A stretch of 64,000 nt of DNA from Octopus vulgaris (taxonomy: Eukaryota). The DNA lies in assembly GCA_951406725.2 (NCBI GenBank), contig OX597817.1, positions 68,944,001 to 69,008,000 on the forward strand. Direction: 5' to 3'. Below the pieces are notes generated by a model, which had not been told where the DNA came from, searched no databases, and worked only from the letters and a program-made list of their open reading frames with translations. The position numbers and the translations under genes are program-made. Below, one piece after another: positions 37,996 through 50,843 of the stretch (within the stretch, counting starts at the first letter, position 1; every line of letters starts with the position of its first letter).

Positions 37996-38339
37996 CATGC
38001 AGCCATGTTTGCACCATCTTCATAATTTGAGTGATTGATTTTTCTTTATTGATATGAATTGCAACAGAAAAAACTGTCCAGTTTTATGGGTTGTGATGGT
38101 CCCCTGTATCAACTGGGCATATTTTGTCAAAAAATTTAGCTCAAGAGATGTTAGACAATTGGGGGGTTTATTAGTGACCACTACTTTGCATTAATTATTA
38201 TTCATAGTTACTTCTTAACCAGGTGGATGGTCTGCAATGTGGTTTGCAAAGTCAACATTTCACTCGTATATTCCAATTGGGTATGATTTTCTATGGCTGG
38301 ACGCCCTTCGTATCACCACCTACTTTCACTCTTTTGCAT

Positions 38340-38529
38340 ATATGACCCAAATATTCAACATGTTTGATGGCCAATCCCACCAGATCTAGCCTTTCACACT
38401 TACCCTGCAATATCTTTCTAAAAAGAAACAATCACATTATTGAAACCATGGAGCTATGAGAAGTGTGATTAATTCAAATCTATGTGATTAATTAAAATCA
38501 TTTGACAGAGTAATCTGGATGCCAACGGG
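38340..38529. mobile_element. Partial piggyBac-type MITE (same family as 44938-45156, inverted)
   Basis: Ends GGG|TTAA; shares CCAGATC.AG.C..TCACAC.TACCCT.CAAT with the reverse complement of 45060-45095. Confidence 0.6.
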
Positions 38530-38769
38530 TTAAAGAGCTTAACAAGGTGCATTTATATCACTGACAATGAAGAGGTTATCTCGTGTAAGGAAGGCTAGAA
38601 GGTCTCCTCTCTCCAATAACAGTTCTTCTTCAGAGTTACTGAGCTCCTAAATGTGTAGCCTGTGTTGTAGCTTACAGAGCTCATGTCTCATTTGTATAAA
38701 CATACACACACACACACACAGTGTGTTGCCATATCTGAAGTCTACTATGAAATTAAATAAAAATAAAAA

Positions 38770-38778
38770 ATTAATAAT

Positions 38779-38820
<42 letters not shown>

Positions 38821-39103
38821 TTCTATTATAGGCACAAGACCTGAATTTTGGAGGGAAGGGGTTAGTCGATTATATCGAACCTAATGTTACACTGGTACTC
38901 AATTTATTGATCCTGAAAGGCAAAATTGACACCGGCGGAATTTGAACTAAGAATGTAATGGCAGGCAAAATACTGCTAAGCATTTCACCCAGTGTACTAA
39001 CAATTCTGTCAGCTTGCTGCCTTTATATATAATACCTGTCTAATACATTCCTGATTATTTTGGCTGTATCAAAGAGGCAAAACCATTTTTGTATATTATT
39101 ATA

Positions 39104-39142
<39 letters not shown>

Positions 39143-39539
39143 TATGATACACATAAAGTCTGCCTCTTTGGCACAGCCAAAATAATCAGGCAAGTATTAG
39201 ACAGTTGAAAAAAACAGATAGCATGGTACTGTAGGCTGCGGGTAGCAAGCCTGCTATGCATGCAAAGCTCCAGGAGTTATAACAAAACCTGAAATAAAAA
39301 GAATAAATAATAATAATGATCTTTTTTACTAAGGGCACAAGGCCTGAAATTTTTGGGGATGGGGACTAGTCGATTACATCGACCCCAGTGTTTCACTGGT
39401 ACATATTTTATTGACCCCAAAAGGATGAAAGGCAAAGTCGATGTTGGCAGAATTTGAACTCAGAATGTCTTTAAGACAGATGACATACTGCTAAGCATTT
39501 TGTTCAGCATGGTAACAATTCTGCCAGCTCGCTGCCTTA

Positions 39540-39591
<52 letters not shown>

Positions 39592-39772
39592 GTTTCAAAT
39601 TTTGCCACATGGGGTAGCAATATGAGGGAAGGGGATGAGTTGATAATATGAACCCCAGTGTTCAACTGGTACTTAGATTATCAACCCAAAAGAATGAAAG
39701 GTAAAGCGAACCTCGGTGAAATACTGTTAAGCATTTTGTCTGGCATGCTAACGATTCTGCCAGCTCACTGCC

Positions 39773-39810
<38 letters not shown>
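38770..39810 (-). mobile_element. Head-to-tail array of three family A SINEs separated by (TAA)n
   Basis: Copies at ~38820-39025, 39320-39540 and 39590-39775, each with GGCAAAGTCGA/ATTTGAACT/AAGCATTT/CTGCCAGCT.GCTGCCTT. Confidence 0.85.
39144..39305 (+). mobile_element. Very short Dong-like 3' end in (TAA)n
   Basis: HKVCLFGTAKIIRQVLDS* is homologous to the Dong C-terminus (QKIVLTGTSHVLRRALSM*); followed by a short UTR and TAA tail. Confidence 0.7.
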
Positions 39811-39811
<1 letters not shown>

Positions 39812-39967
39812 TACAGAAAATTGCACTACTAGGCACTGCACACATCCTATGCAGAACACTTTCCATACAATAACCATCAGAGCATCACAACAAATCACAG
39901 CACATACCCAAGGCACATAGAGCTGCGCTCGGTAGTGAAGTGAAAGCACGCTATAAAAATAAAACTA

Positions 39968-39972
<5 letters not shown>
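39808..39972 (+). mobile_element. Very short Dong-like 3' end in (TAA)n
   Basis: NIQKIALLGTAHILCRTLSIQ* plus ~100 bp UTR, with (TAA)n on both sides. Confidence 0.82.
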
Positions 39973-40001
<29 letters not shown>

Positions 40002-40884
40002 GCTTGAATTATAATCTCTCTATATTACTAAATAAGTAAATATTATTACATACAGATAGATATATAGGAGTAAGAGATTTTTAAACACAAGTGTTTCGTA
40101 AATACATATAATGATTAAATATATTCTGCTTAGCTTATTTCTTTTTTTTTCTCTTTCTATTTCCACACATTTCTCAGCCAATTTTATTTAAAATTCTAAT
40201 ACTTTTTGCATATATATAATTACATTACCATCTCATTTATATAAAATATTTCTATGATTAAAGATTTTGCTGAACGTATTTTTAAAAAAAAAGTAGAAGC
40301 ACATTTGGAGCTATCATTTGTACTTGTTGGGAGAATGGAAAAAAATATATATATGCATATATATTATCAATCAGCGAAATTTCTTCTCACCAAATATCAT
40401 ATTCCAACCTAGTTTTTTACTGTCCCCTACAATAAATAAGCTGAAATTCAACAATTATCATAGCATTAATTCTATTATTACTACAACTACTACTACTACT
40501 ACTACTACTACTATTACTACTATTACTACTACTACTACCACTACCACCACCACCACCACCACCACTACCACCACCACCACTACTACTATAGACTCTTCCA
40601 TCAACAATGATATATGAGTGTTTAGCGTTTTTCCGAGGACCTGCACAAATGATTTGCTTATAGTGATCAAATATATGTGCTGTACATTAGTTCGCTCCCT
40701 CCATCAAATTGGCATTGCCTGACAAAGGTGCATGGTGTACCACATGTCAGGTGTCGAAGTGATCACAGAGTAAGGTGAGATGAAGTGCTTTGCTCCACCC
40801 AGTCTAGGGAATGAAACCAGGATCTTGCGATCATGAGTGCAACACCCTAAGCACTAGGTCATGCATACTACTACTACTACTACT

Positions 40885-41220
40885 TGAGACCCCTTTCGGT
40901 CATAACTGACCATGGGATTGCACCTAGAAAGTTACCCCCCCAGGCACAAGTCCGGGCAAGGTTGTTTATGGAAGATCAGCATTCGCCCATGCATTCTGGC
41001 ACCCCTCTCCACACCCCTGATGTTATCCAAGGGAAAGGCAAATGCCGATATAGCTTGGCACCAGTGATGTCGCAACTCATTTATACAACTGAGTGAACTG
41101 GAGCAATGTAAAATAAAGTGTCTTGCTCAAGAACACAACACGCAGCCCGGTCCGGGATTCGAACTCACAACCTCACGATCATAAGCTCAACGCTCTAACC
41201 ACTGAGCCATGCGCCTTCAC
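40885..41220 (-). mobile_element. tRNA-derived CORE-type SINE inserted in (TAC)n
   Basis: Minus-strand head GAAGGCGCATGGCTCAGTGGTTAGAGCG...GAGTTCGAATCCC (clean A and B boxes); CORE-like TGTGTTCTTGAGCAAGACACTT; tail hairpin GGTCAGTTATGACC; (TAC)n on both flanks. Confidence 0.88.
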
Positions 41221-41984
41221 TCACTACTACTACTACAACTACGACGACGACGACTGCTGGTATGCCATCTAATAAAATACTGGTAATTTTAAGCTAATAA
41301 GGATGAGCTACGTGATAGCTTGAGCAGCTAGAAATAGTACCAAATTTCCTTCAAATTACATTCTATTGCCATAATAATTAGATAACAAGGGTCTCTGTTA
41401 CACTCTTGCTCTTAGCTGGATTGCCTGTGGCTGTGGATCAGCTGGATTAAAATTGATATGATTCTAAATAACATTATTCTTTTCTAATGTGGACAATAGA
41501 TCATGGTCTAAAATTTTCCAGGGAGGGGCTTAGTCAATCAAACTCACGCCAGAACATGACTGGTGCTTTACCTTATCAAGGAATGAAAGGCAAAGCTGAC
41601 CTCAGTGAGGTTTGAAACTAGAACATGAAAAGCTGTAACTACATACCACAAGCCATTTTTTCCCATGCTTTAATGATTCTCCCATTCCACCACACTTCAG
41701 ACAATAACAATAATAACTGCTTTTAATTTTGGCATAAGGCCAGCAATTTTGAAGGAGGGGTTAAGTTGATTACATCAACCCCAGTATTTTACAGGTAACT
41801 ATTTTAGCCTCGACCCTTAAAGGATGAAAGGCAAGAATCTGAACTTAGATGAACAAAATGCCACTAAACATTTCATCCAACTTGCTAATGACTCTACCTG
41901 TTTGGTTTAGACTGAGTTTCTAATTCTTTTCCAGTCATATCAAGGATTCTTTATAAGTGATGCTATCGTTAATCTTTTCATTTT

Positions 41985-42410
41985 TTTTTACTTGTTTCAG
42001 CCAATGAACTACGACCATGCTGAGGCATCAATTTGAAGGGTTTAGTCAAATAAATCATCTTATTTTTTTCAGTTCTTATTTATTAAGACTTGTACTAATC
42101 TTATTGGTCTCTGATACCAAACTATTGACATAGGGGGATGTGAACAAATCAACAGCTGTTGTCAAGAGATGAAGGAGTAACATGCACACACACACTCACT
42201 TACACACACACACGCACACACCCAACATATATATATGTAGATAAATGATGGGTTTCCACACAGTATTTGCCAACCAGAATCACTCACAAGGCATTGGTAG
42301 CCCAGTGCTATAGGAGAAGACGCTTGCCTAAGGTGTTGTGCAGTGGAACTGAACTTGAAACAATGTGGTTACAAAATGATCTTCTTAACCACATAGCCAT
42401 GTCTATGCCT
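41985..42410 (-). mobile_element. SINE family B, old copy
   Basis: Degenerate reverse complement of the family B consensus. Confidence 0.7.
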
Positions 42411-42473
42411 ATATTAGTATTCAACCGAAACTTTTATTTTGTTGACCCTAGAATGATAAATGGCAAAGTTGAT

Positions 42474-42807
42474 ACACCTTTTCCATTCTTAGAAATACGA
42501 AATTGTTATACACAATTGGTATGGAGCTGACATGAGTCATCAATGGAGGTTTACAAACCTTAAAAGTTCACTCAGTCACTGCCTACAGGGATAGTGTAGT
42601 GGATAAAGAAGTTGGTTAGTGCAGTCCTGAAAGGTTCTGAGTTTAATCCCAGGCAAGGTACTAAAGTGAATCATAACATACCTGAAGAAGGCTGGAGCAC
42701 ACAGCTGAAACATAGTGAAAGCAACAATCAAGATGAGGATACTACTCTGATGAATATCAACCGTATAAAATTAATTCCTCATCTCAGAGATATAGAATTG
42801 TATTAGA
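42474..42807 (+). mobile_element. Short insertion with tRNA-like head and hammerhead-like motif, flanked by an 11 bp direct repeat
   Basis: GCAAAGTTGAT at 42463-42473 and 42808-42818; A-box TAGTGTAGTGG (42592-42602); B-box-like GAGTTTAATCCC (42639-42650); CTGAAGA-A-GGCTG-gagcaca-CAGCT-GAAA (42682-42710). Confidence 0.6.
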
Positions 42808-44404
42808 GCAAAGTTGATGTTGAGACAATTTGAACTCAGAACATAAAGGACCTGCAGGTGTGTTGTTTGATGTTCTAAGAATTCTGCCAATCTCCTTGAA
42901 AGGTTCCTTCCCAAGTCATATAGACTCATAGGGCCAGTTTTCTGGTTTCTGTGGCATATATATTCTCCACCAGGATAGGACGCCAGTCCATTGCAGGATT
43001 ACTCAGCTGAGTAGAACTAGAGCATCATGAAATGAAGTGTTTTGCTCAAGAACACTACATGTCATCTGGTTCAGGAATTGAAACCACAGTCTCACAATCA
43101 TGAGTTCAACACCCTAACCACTAAGCAATGCACTTTCATAATCACCTCATAATAGTAGCTAAATCTCCCTCAATAAAATGCTCATCATATATTCATGCAA
43201 AGACATAGATCAGCTTAAGATTAATGGCTTTGTCAGAAACAGTGATTGAATGCTTTGTTTTGTCAGCTGGCTCTGTGGGATAAAGATAGCAAAATCAATA
43301 TGCTAGGAGACAATTAACCAAGAAGCATGCTGTTTGCATCATGGCACCAGTTTTCTTCCAGTACGTATCTATGATTATATTATCTAACATATCCTCACCA
43401 TTTCTAAGATGCTACAGCATGATTATATATAGATTTCATTGCTATTTCTTGTGAGTCAGACTGCTGCATAGAAGTACCTTCATAGGCTTATGGTCTAAGT
43501 AGGTATTATGGGTGATATAGTCCATCATTGCATACAGTAATAACAGCATTGTTGCTGAAGTTGTTGCTACTGTTGTTATCATCTAGTCTTAAACCAGCCC
43601 TGTATGGGAAGATCTATAATCAAAGGTATTCCTGATCTGACTATCCCAATTTTTCCAAATACAAAGCAGATCATCCAATGTGTCCTTCATTTTTTAGGTG
43701 GCAGTATAGGATTTAAGGGACATTTAGAAGTTATTTCTAGCATGTCAAGTGTGATCGAGTAGACGTTCCTTAATTGGTTCAAGCAGTTGCACTGTTGCAG
43801 TGGTGTTGATTTCAATTTCTCCAGTGAGAAAAATAAACACCAGCAAAGGAACCTCTTTGCAATTGATTGACTTGCTAGAAATAGCTGCCAAAACTTACCC
43901 ATGTCACACTTAAACATCTTAGAAACAGAAGAACATAGCTGGTATACCTTTTGATCATAGTTCTACTCAATCAGAGTTAACATGTGGCTCAATAACAAAA
44001 CAACAACCACAGTCATCATCATGAAATAGCCAAGGTGGGGCTTTCTACATGACCCAGCTAGAAACAACAGTGAAATTTTCCTCATTACACATCTTGCCAT
44101 CTTACAACAGAAAGGGCACATTAGATAATATAATCTTTGATACCACCTGAATTAATGAGATTGTTGTGGCTTAAATGCATTTTATCATAGATGTGCTTGG
44201 TTAATACTGACTTGGGATTAAATAACAAAGACCAACACAACTTCTCTAATAACAACAACACAATTTGCAAGTATTTAGCAACTTTTCAAGGGTAAGTTTT
44301 AATTCTCATCTATGTAGCATTAAAAGAAACAGCAAATAATATATGGGATAGGACATTATATATATATATATACACACATACATATATATATATGTATATA
44401 TATG

Positions 44405-44730
44405 GCACTCCGTTGGTTATGATGACGAGGGCTCCAGTTGATCTTATCAACTGAACAACCTGATCATAAAATTGATGTGCATGTAGCTGAGCACTCCACA
44501 GACATGTGTACTCTTAAGGTAGTTCTCAGGAAAATTCAGTGTGACACAGAGTGTGACAAAACTAGCCCATTTGAATTACAAGTATAACTCATTTCTGCCA
44601 GCTGTGTGGACTAGAGCAACATGAAGTAAAGTATCTTGCTCAAGGACCCAACATGTTATTGGGAAGCAATCTCAGGATTTTACAAATGTGACCTGATTAT
44701 CCTAGCCACTAAACCATGTACCTTCACTAT
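44405..44730 (-). mobile_element. SINE family D (tRNA head + CORE-like region); other copies at 55675-55985 (+) and 61120-61675 (-)
   Basis: Shared GAGCACTCCACAGACATGTGTAC.CTTAA.GTAGTTCTC and GTCCTTGAGCAAGATACTTTA motifs. Confidence 0.8.
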
Positions 44731-44761
44731 GTATGCACACAAACACACACACACACACATA

Positions 44762-44808
<47 letters not shown>

Positions 44809-44937
44809 CGTGGTTTTGTTTAAGTTGAGTTGATTGGATAGGTGGGGTCTAACATCAATAACAACAATGGTAACTATAGTAACTAATGACAGTTCTACAT
44901 GGCCAGTCAACCTTAAATTCACATCAAACAAGCTTAA

Positions 44938-45156
44938 CCCTTTAGTGTTCTGATTATTCTATCAAACATAATGCTTATTGATTCACATTGATTTGAATTA
45001 ATCATGCATTTTCTCATATCTTCAAGATCTTGATGGTGTAATTACTTAATGTAGAATAACATTGTAGGGTAGGTGTGAGAGCCTGGATCTGGTCAGTTTG
45101 AACATAAAACAGATTAAATATTTTGGCTGGATATAGCATGTTTAAATACTAAAGGG
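44938..45156. mobile_element. piggyBac-type MITE
   Basis: TTAA|CCCTTTAGTGTT ... AATACTAAAGGG|CTAA; related copy at 63190-63495. Confidence 0.8.
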
Positions 45157-45299
45157 CTAAAAGAGAAAAGTCTGGAGTCATTTAGAAGTCAAGAATGTCA
45201 TAGCTGGAATGCCTTTAAATCATTGATCTGCTTTTTAGGGCTGACGAAGGGCTTCAGCACAAAGCAGGATGGCCATGGCTAGAATGCATGTGGCCTGAA

Positions 45300-45750
45300 A
45301 ACAATTTTGGTGCAAAGCCAGCAATTTCAAATGAGAGGATAAGTTGATTAAATCAGCCAGTGTTCAACTTGTACTTATTTTATCGACCCCCAAAAGGATA
45401 AAAGGTGAAGTCAACCCCAACAGCATTTGAACTCAGAACATAAAGTCAGAAGACATGCTGCTAAACAAAGTTCCTGGTGCAGTAATGATTCTGCCAGCTT
45501 GATGCCTTAAACAACAGTAATAATCCTTTCTGCTAAATGCACAAGTCCTGAAATCTTTTTTCGGTGGGTACGGGGGACTAGATGATTACGTCGACCCTAG
45601 TATGTCACTGGTACTTGATTTATCGACTCCAAAAGGATGAAAGGCAAAGTCGAGCTCAGCAGAATTTGAACTCAGAATATAAAGACGGATGAAATGCTGC
45701 CAAGCATTTTGCCTAGTGTGCTAAAAGTTCTGCCAGCTAACTGCCTTTTA
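45300..45750 (-). mobile_element. Two tandem family A SINEs
   Basis: Meta-like TTTATCGAC.CC.AAAAGGAT.AAAGG motif at ~45380 and ~45620. Confidence 0.82.
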
Positions 45751-46208
45751 AACAACATCAGTAACAATGTCCCATTATTTCAGTGATATTATGGAAAACA
45801 TGCTGTTCTCAAAACCAAGTCAAAAAGAAAAAAAACAAATGGAGAACTGAATAGAGGAGACATAGTTTCTGTAAGCCACAGTGTAGGCAACCTGTTTAGG
45901 AGAAGAGTAATTCTGAAAAAAAAAAAGATTAATATAGGGGTCAAAAGACTCCTTGCTCCTGCTACAGACGAATTCTGTGGTACCAACAGCACAATAAGAG
46001 TCACTCACTCCATGTTCTTAGTTAGATGGTAATTGGAAATGCATCCAGATGTAAAAGCAGTGTAAAATAAACAAAATACAATAACAAAACATCTGGTTTT
46101 TCTCTGTTGCTGTGTGTCCTAGATCAGGCAAAGGATCACAGCAAGGAACAAGATGCAATAACGTTCATCACAGGAAAATATATGCAAAGTGTTAACAACT
46201 TGATTATA

Positions 46209-46756
46209 TTGGGTTGTCCAGAAAATTTGTGCCGATTTATAGTAGCTTACCTTTCGACTTATTTTAGAACATGGTTGAGTCCATAAAATAGGATTTCACT
46301 ACACATACATTTAGAGTACAGTTTAAGCTATCTTTCGTAGAAGAAGGTTTATGTTCCTATAACCTGTGTTAATTTTGTAATCCTTTAAAATGGAAGATAA
46401 GTAAGTTCGTTTTCAGCACTTGATGCTTTGGGAACCAGACAAAAATTGCTGCAGCTCCACCCTCCATATTCACCAGATACTGCTCCTTTGGATTTCCACT
46501 TATTCAGGTCTCTGTAGTATAGTCTTAAAGGTAAAAATTTCAATTCCTTGGATGATGTAAAAAGATACCTTGATGAATTCTTTGCCATGAAACCACCTCA
46601 ATTCTGGGAAGAGGTTTATTTTCAAGCTAAAGGAAAGCTGGAGATGCATTGTGCAACAAAATGGTTCATATTTGGTTGATTAAAAATGTAATGGCAAGTA
46701 TTTATTGACCTTTTTCTTTCCTTTAAAAATTGGCACAAACTTTCCGGACAACCCAA
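46209..46756 (+). mobile_element. Internally deleted mariner transposon
   Basis: TA|TTGGGTTGTCCAGAAAATTTGTGCCGATTT ... AAATTGGCACAAACTTTCCGGACAACCCAA|TA; internal HPPYSPDTAPLDFHLFRSL (YSPDLAP motif) and W..IVQQNGSY C-terminus. Confidence 0.92.
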
Positions 46757-47904
46757 TACAAACTCATGAAAGATGAATTCATGAGACTGGTATCTTATAT
46801 TCCTTGATCATTGTTGCCAATTTAGAAATTTAATGACATGTAATTTAGGCAAGTTTTTTGTATATTTAACTTAGTAAAACAATGAAAAGTTAAAAGTAAA
46901 TGTTGTATTTGATGCTTTATAAAGTGCAAATGCTTATAAGATGCAGTTCAATTTTGGCAGGCCTTATCGTGAATCACCAGCTGCCAGTAACCCAATCTCT
47001 GATCATTTGTTTACATGAGGCAAGCTGAATTTTAGGGATGTTTTACTTTTTTAAAGAAAATCCGTGCTTATAAGCAATCAAATATAGCAATAGAAAAATG
47101 TTAAAATTTGAATCTCTGTAAAGGATTCTAGATTACTTGAAAATTAAATGGAATTCAGTAATTAAATACAATTCCAATGTTTTCTCTAATAGACAATCAT
47201 GATACGCCCACATCACAACTTATTATCAGATTCCAACACAATTAGCATTTATTTAAATTATCAACATCACCAGTATCAATTATTATCGATGACATTATAT
47301 CTATTAATCAACATTTGGTAGAGCTAATTAACTGATTACTAGTGTCGTTATATCATTGCTTCTATCATCAAATCACCTAATGATATGAGGATGATGTGAA
47401 GAGGAGTAGATAGGCGTGTCACCACAGTGATTCACCTAGCATTATCATTAATACACAGGAGCTCTAGAAAGTGTTCAATTTAACTCCTAATGGACTGGAT
47501 TGTCATGCTGAGAATAGATAGCTGGTGTTGTTGTTTAGCCCCAGGTCAGTCCACAAAGGGCAGATGCATAATCAAAGATAGTCTATCTGAAACAATTGTA
47601 TATGGGGGAATGAATTAACTAATATCTCTTTCGGTAGTAGACAGTCGAAATAACTGAGTCATTAGAGTGTTGGATGCAGTATTTGCTCAGGCTTTCAGAA
47701 CTTTGATTTCAAATCTTGCTCAAATCAAACTATGCCTTCCCTGTTCCTGGGATCACTAAATAAAATAGCGGTCAATTCTTTCTTTCTCTCTCTTCTCCCC
47801 CTCTTTCTTTCATTCTCTGTCTCCCTCTACTAGAATTCATGAAGAAACCAGACAAACAGCAGCCAATCAATAAATGCAAAACCCAAATCTATTAATAAAT
47901 TCAT

Positions 47905-48953
47905 GCACTAGACCCCACATACATGAACATACACACACACACACCAAACAATATAAATACACCACCAATACAGAGTTGTAACAGTTCTCACCTGAAGATC
48001 ACAGCAGCATGAAACTCAAGTCACTAAATAGGCATTCATATACATATAGATATACAAAATTTGTTCTGGTTAGGTATGAATTTATGTGAATTCCCTATTT
48101 TCTTTTCAGGGCAATGTCACAGCAAGGTCTTAGCTTATAGCTAAATTAAAGAACTGTTAAAAAGTTGCCTTTGATATTTTATTTCTCAGGCAACTGGTTA
48201 CAGATATAGGAAGTAGGATAGAAGACAGGAATTCCTTGGTTATCCACAAATCTGAGACCTTGTTCAAATACTAGCAACACAGTTGGACTCTTTTTCTAAA
48301 ACCTAAGTCATACGCCTGTTTTGGAAATATAGACATAGGCATGGCTGTGTGGTAAGAACTTTGCTTCCAAGGTATATGGTCTTCAGTTCAGTCCCACTGC
48401 ATTGCACCTGGAGCAAACGTTTTCTACTATAGCTGCAGGATTGACCAAAGCCTTGTAAGTGGATTCAGTAGGCAGAAATTAAAAGAAGCTTTATGGCGGC
48501 AAGGTGGCAGAAGAGTTAGCACGTCAGGTGAAATGCTTAGCGGTATTTCTTCAAATTCTGCCAAGGTCGACTTTGCCTTTCATCCTTTCGGGGTCAGTAA
48601 ATTAAGTACCAGTCACGCACTGGGATCGATATAATCGACTTAATCCATTTGTCTGTCCTTGTTTGTCCCCACTGTGTGTAGCCCCTTGTGGGCAGTAAAG
48701 AAATATGAAACTGAAAGAAGCTTGTCATGTGTGTGTTACTGTCCACTTGGTTTGACTTTAGGTGGTAGTTGTAAATGAGTGCCATTATCAGGCAAGTGGT
48801 ACCCTTCGTTTCCATTCTTCTATGAAAATAATGTTTCAAGCACTAGACCACCCACACACACACACACACATGAACATACACAAACACACACACCAAACAA
48901 TATAAATACAGAGTTGTAACAGTTCTCACCGGAAAATCATGATAGCATGAAAC
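47905..48953. repeat. Pair of ~110 bp direct repeats (47905-48015 and 48841-48953)
   Basis: CACTAGACC...CATGAACATACACA...CACCAAACAATATAAATACA...GAGTTGTAACAGTTCTCACC.GAA.ATCA....AGCATGAAAC at both sites. Confidence 0.85.
48495..48705 (+). mobile_element. Family A SINE nested inside a family B-headed SINE (48335-49140)
   Basis: GGCGGCAAGGTGGCAGAA head; flanked by GAAATTAAAAGAAGCTT / GAAACTGAAAGAAGCTT, a probable TSD derived from the host SINE. Confidence 0.8.
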
Positions 48954-49369
48954 AAAACGAGCATTCATATAAACATAATGAGTGGCATCATCAGGCAAAT
49001 GGGACCCTTCATATTTCCTTGCTTGGAAATGGGTGGAGAGTTAGTGACAGGAAGGGCATCCAGCTACAAAACACTCACCTCAGCAAATTCTGTCCAACCC
49101 ATGCAATCATGGAAAAGCTGATATTAAAATGATAATGAGGAATATGGTGATGTTATGATGACAATGATGATGATAAATTCTAAATATTTCATTAATTTTC
49201 ATCATTGCATTGCAATTAATGAAAAGACTAATGAACAATATACATATATATAAGGATAGGAAGATAATAAATAAATAAAATTAAGGTTGTTATTTATCAT
49301 TCTAATTAATAATAGCAGATTACAAAATCTAATTTTGGGTATTCACATAAATTTGCATTGTCTATGTGT

Positions 49370-50210
49370 GTGCTGGGTTGGAGTAGAGGGTGTTGATTAA
49401 TGGAGGCAGAAGGTATTTGGTGGAGATAGTGTATGGAGGTGAGGGTTGAGGATGTTGGTAGGAGTAGAGGTTTTTGGTGGAGGTAGGAGGGTTTGTGGTT
49501 GGGGTAGGAGGTATCAGAAGGAGTAGAGAGAGTTGTGGTGGTATGGAGTGTTGGTGGGGTAGGGGTGTTTGTTAGGATAGGGGATATTGGTTGGGGTAGG
49601 AGGTATTGATGGGGTAGGAGTATTGGTGTAGGCAGTGGGTGCTGGTTGAGGTATCGGATACTGATGGGGTAGGAGGTGTGAGTGGAATAGAGAGTATTGT
49701 GGGGGGTAAAGGGGTGTTGGTGGATTGAAGGAAATATTGGTGGGAGCAGAGGATATTGGTGCTGGTAGAAGGAGGTATTGACAAAGAGTAGGTGCTAGTA
49801 GGGTAGAGGATGCTGGTGGGGTAGGTGTTGGTGGAAGTAGTGGGTGTTGGTAGGTTAGATGGTATTGGTGGGGGAAGAAGATATTGGTGGTGGTAGAGGG
49901 TGTTAGTGGGGGCAGGGCAGTATTAATGGGAGCAGAAGGTATTGATAAGGAGTACAGGATGTTGGTAGGGTAGATGGTGTTGTTGAAAGTATTGAAGGAG
50001 TGGAGGTGTTGGTGGGAGTAAGGAGTGTTGGTGGAGTGTAGAGAGTGTTGGTGAGGGGCAGAGAGTGTTGGTAGGAGAAGACATTGATGAGCAGAGGGTG
50101 CTATAGGGAAGGTGTAGAGGATTTGGGCGTGGGGAAGGGGTAATTGGTAGGATCAGAGGGTGTGAGATGAAGTAGAGGGCATTGACCAGGAGCAGAGGTT
50201 TTAGGAGTGT
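49370..50210. repeat. G-rich degenerate ~19-20 bp minisatellite
   Basis: Recurrent GGTGGGGTAG(G)AGGGTGTT/GGTATTGG units with strong G-strand bias; partial copies at 50645-50843 (direct) and 51091-51168 (inverted). Confidence 0.85.
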
Positions 50211-50586
50211 TAAATGACTAAAAACATCTGTAAATAATGATTAATGAGTTTTTGAAGAACAGTCCTCTTTATTCTGATAATTTTTCTTGTTAAAGGAAGG
50301 TTGGGTGTGATGGTAGTGGTGTTAAAGTCGGAGAGGATGGCCTGAGTTACAAACACCTGTTTATGGATATTCTTCAGTAGGTAACAAAAGAGATTGGGGA
50401 AGGCATAAGTAACAAGTGATGCATAAATGTGTGTGTGTGTGTAAAATATAGACATATACAAGATGAAAATGAAGGAAATAAAAGGGAAGAACAGAAAGAT
50501 AAAGACTGAGAACAAAAGACCACAAAGAAATAAATGAATGCAAGAAAGAGAAGAATGACAAAAATATAAACATGCATACACATATG

Positions 50587-50647
<61 letters not shown>

Positions 50648-50843
50648 GGGGTAAAGGGGTGTTTGTAGAGGTGAGGGATATTGGCAGGAGGAGAGGATAT
50701 TTGTGGTGGTAGAAGGTATTGATGAATAGTAGGTGCTAGTAGGGTAGAGGGTGTTGGTGGGAGAAGAGGGAATTGGTGGAGGTAGAGGGTGTTGGTGAAG
50801 TAGAGGGTGCTAGTGCAGTATTAATGGGAGTAGAAGGTATTAA

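Noticed and set aside
41150-41220. Possible tRNA gene (clean A and B boxes)
   Set aside because: Continues directly into a CORE-like SINE body and lacks a proper acceptor stem; it is a SINE head.
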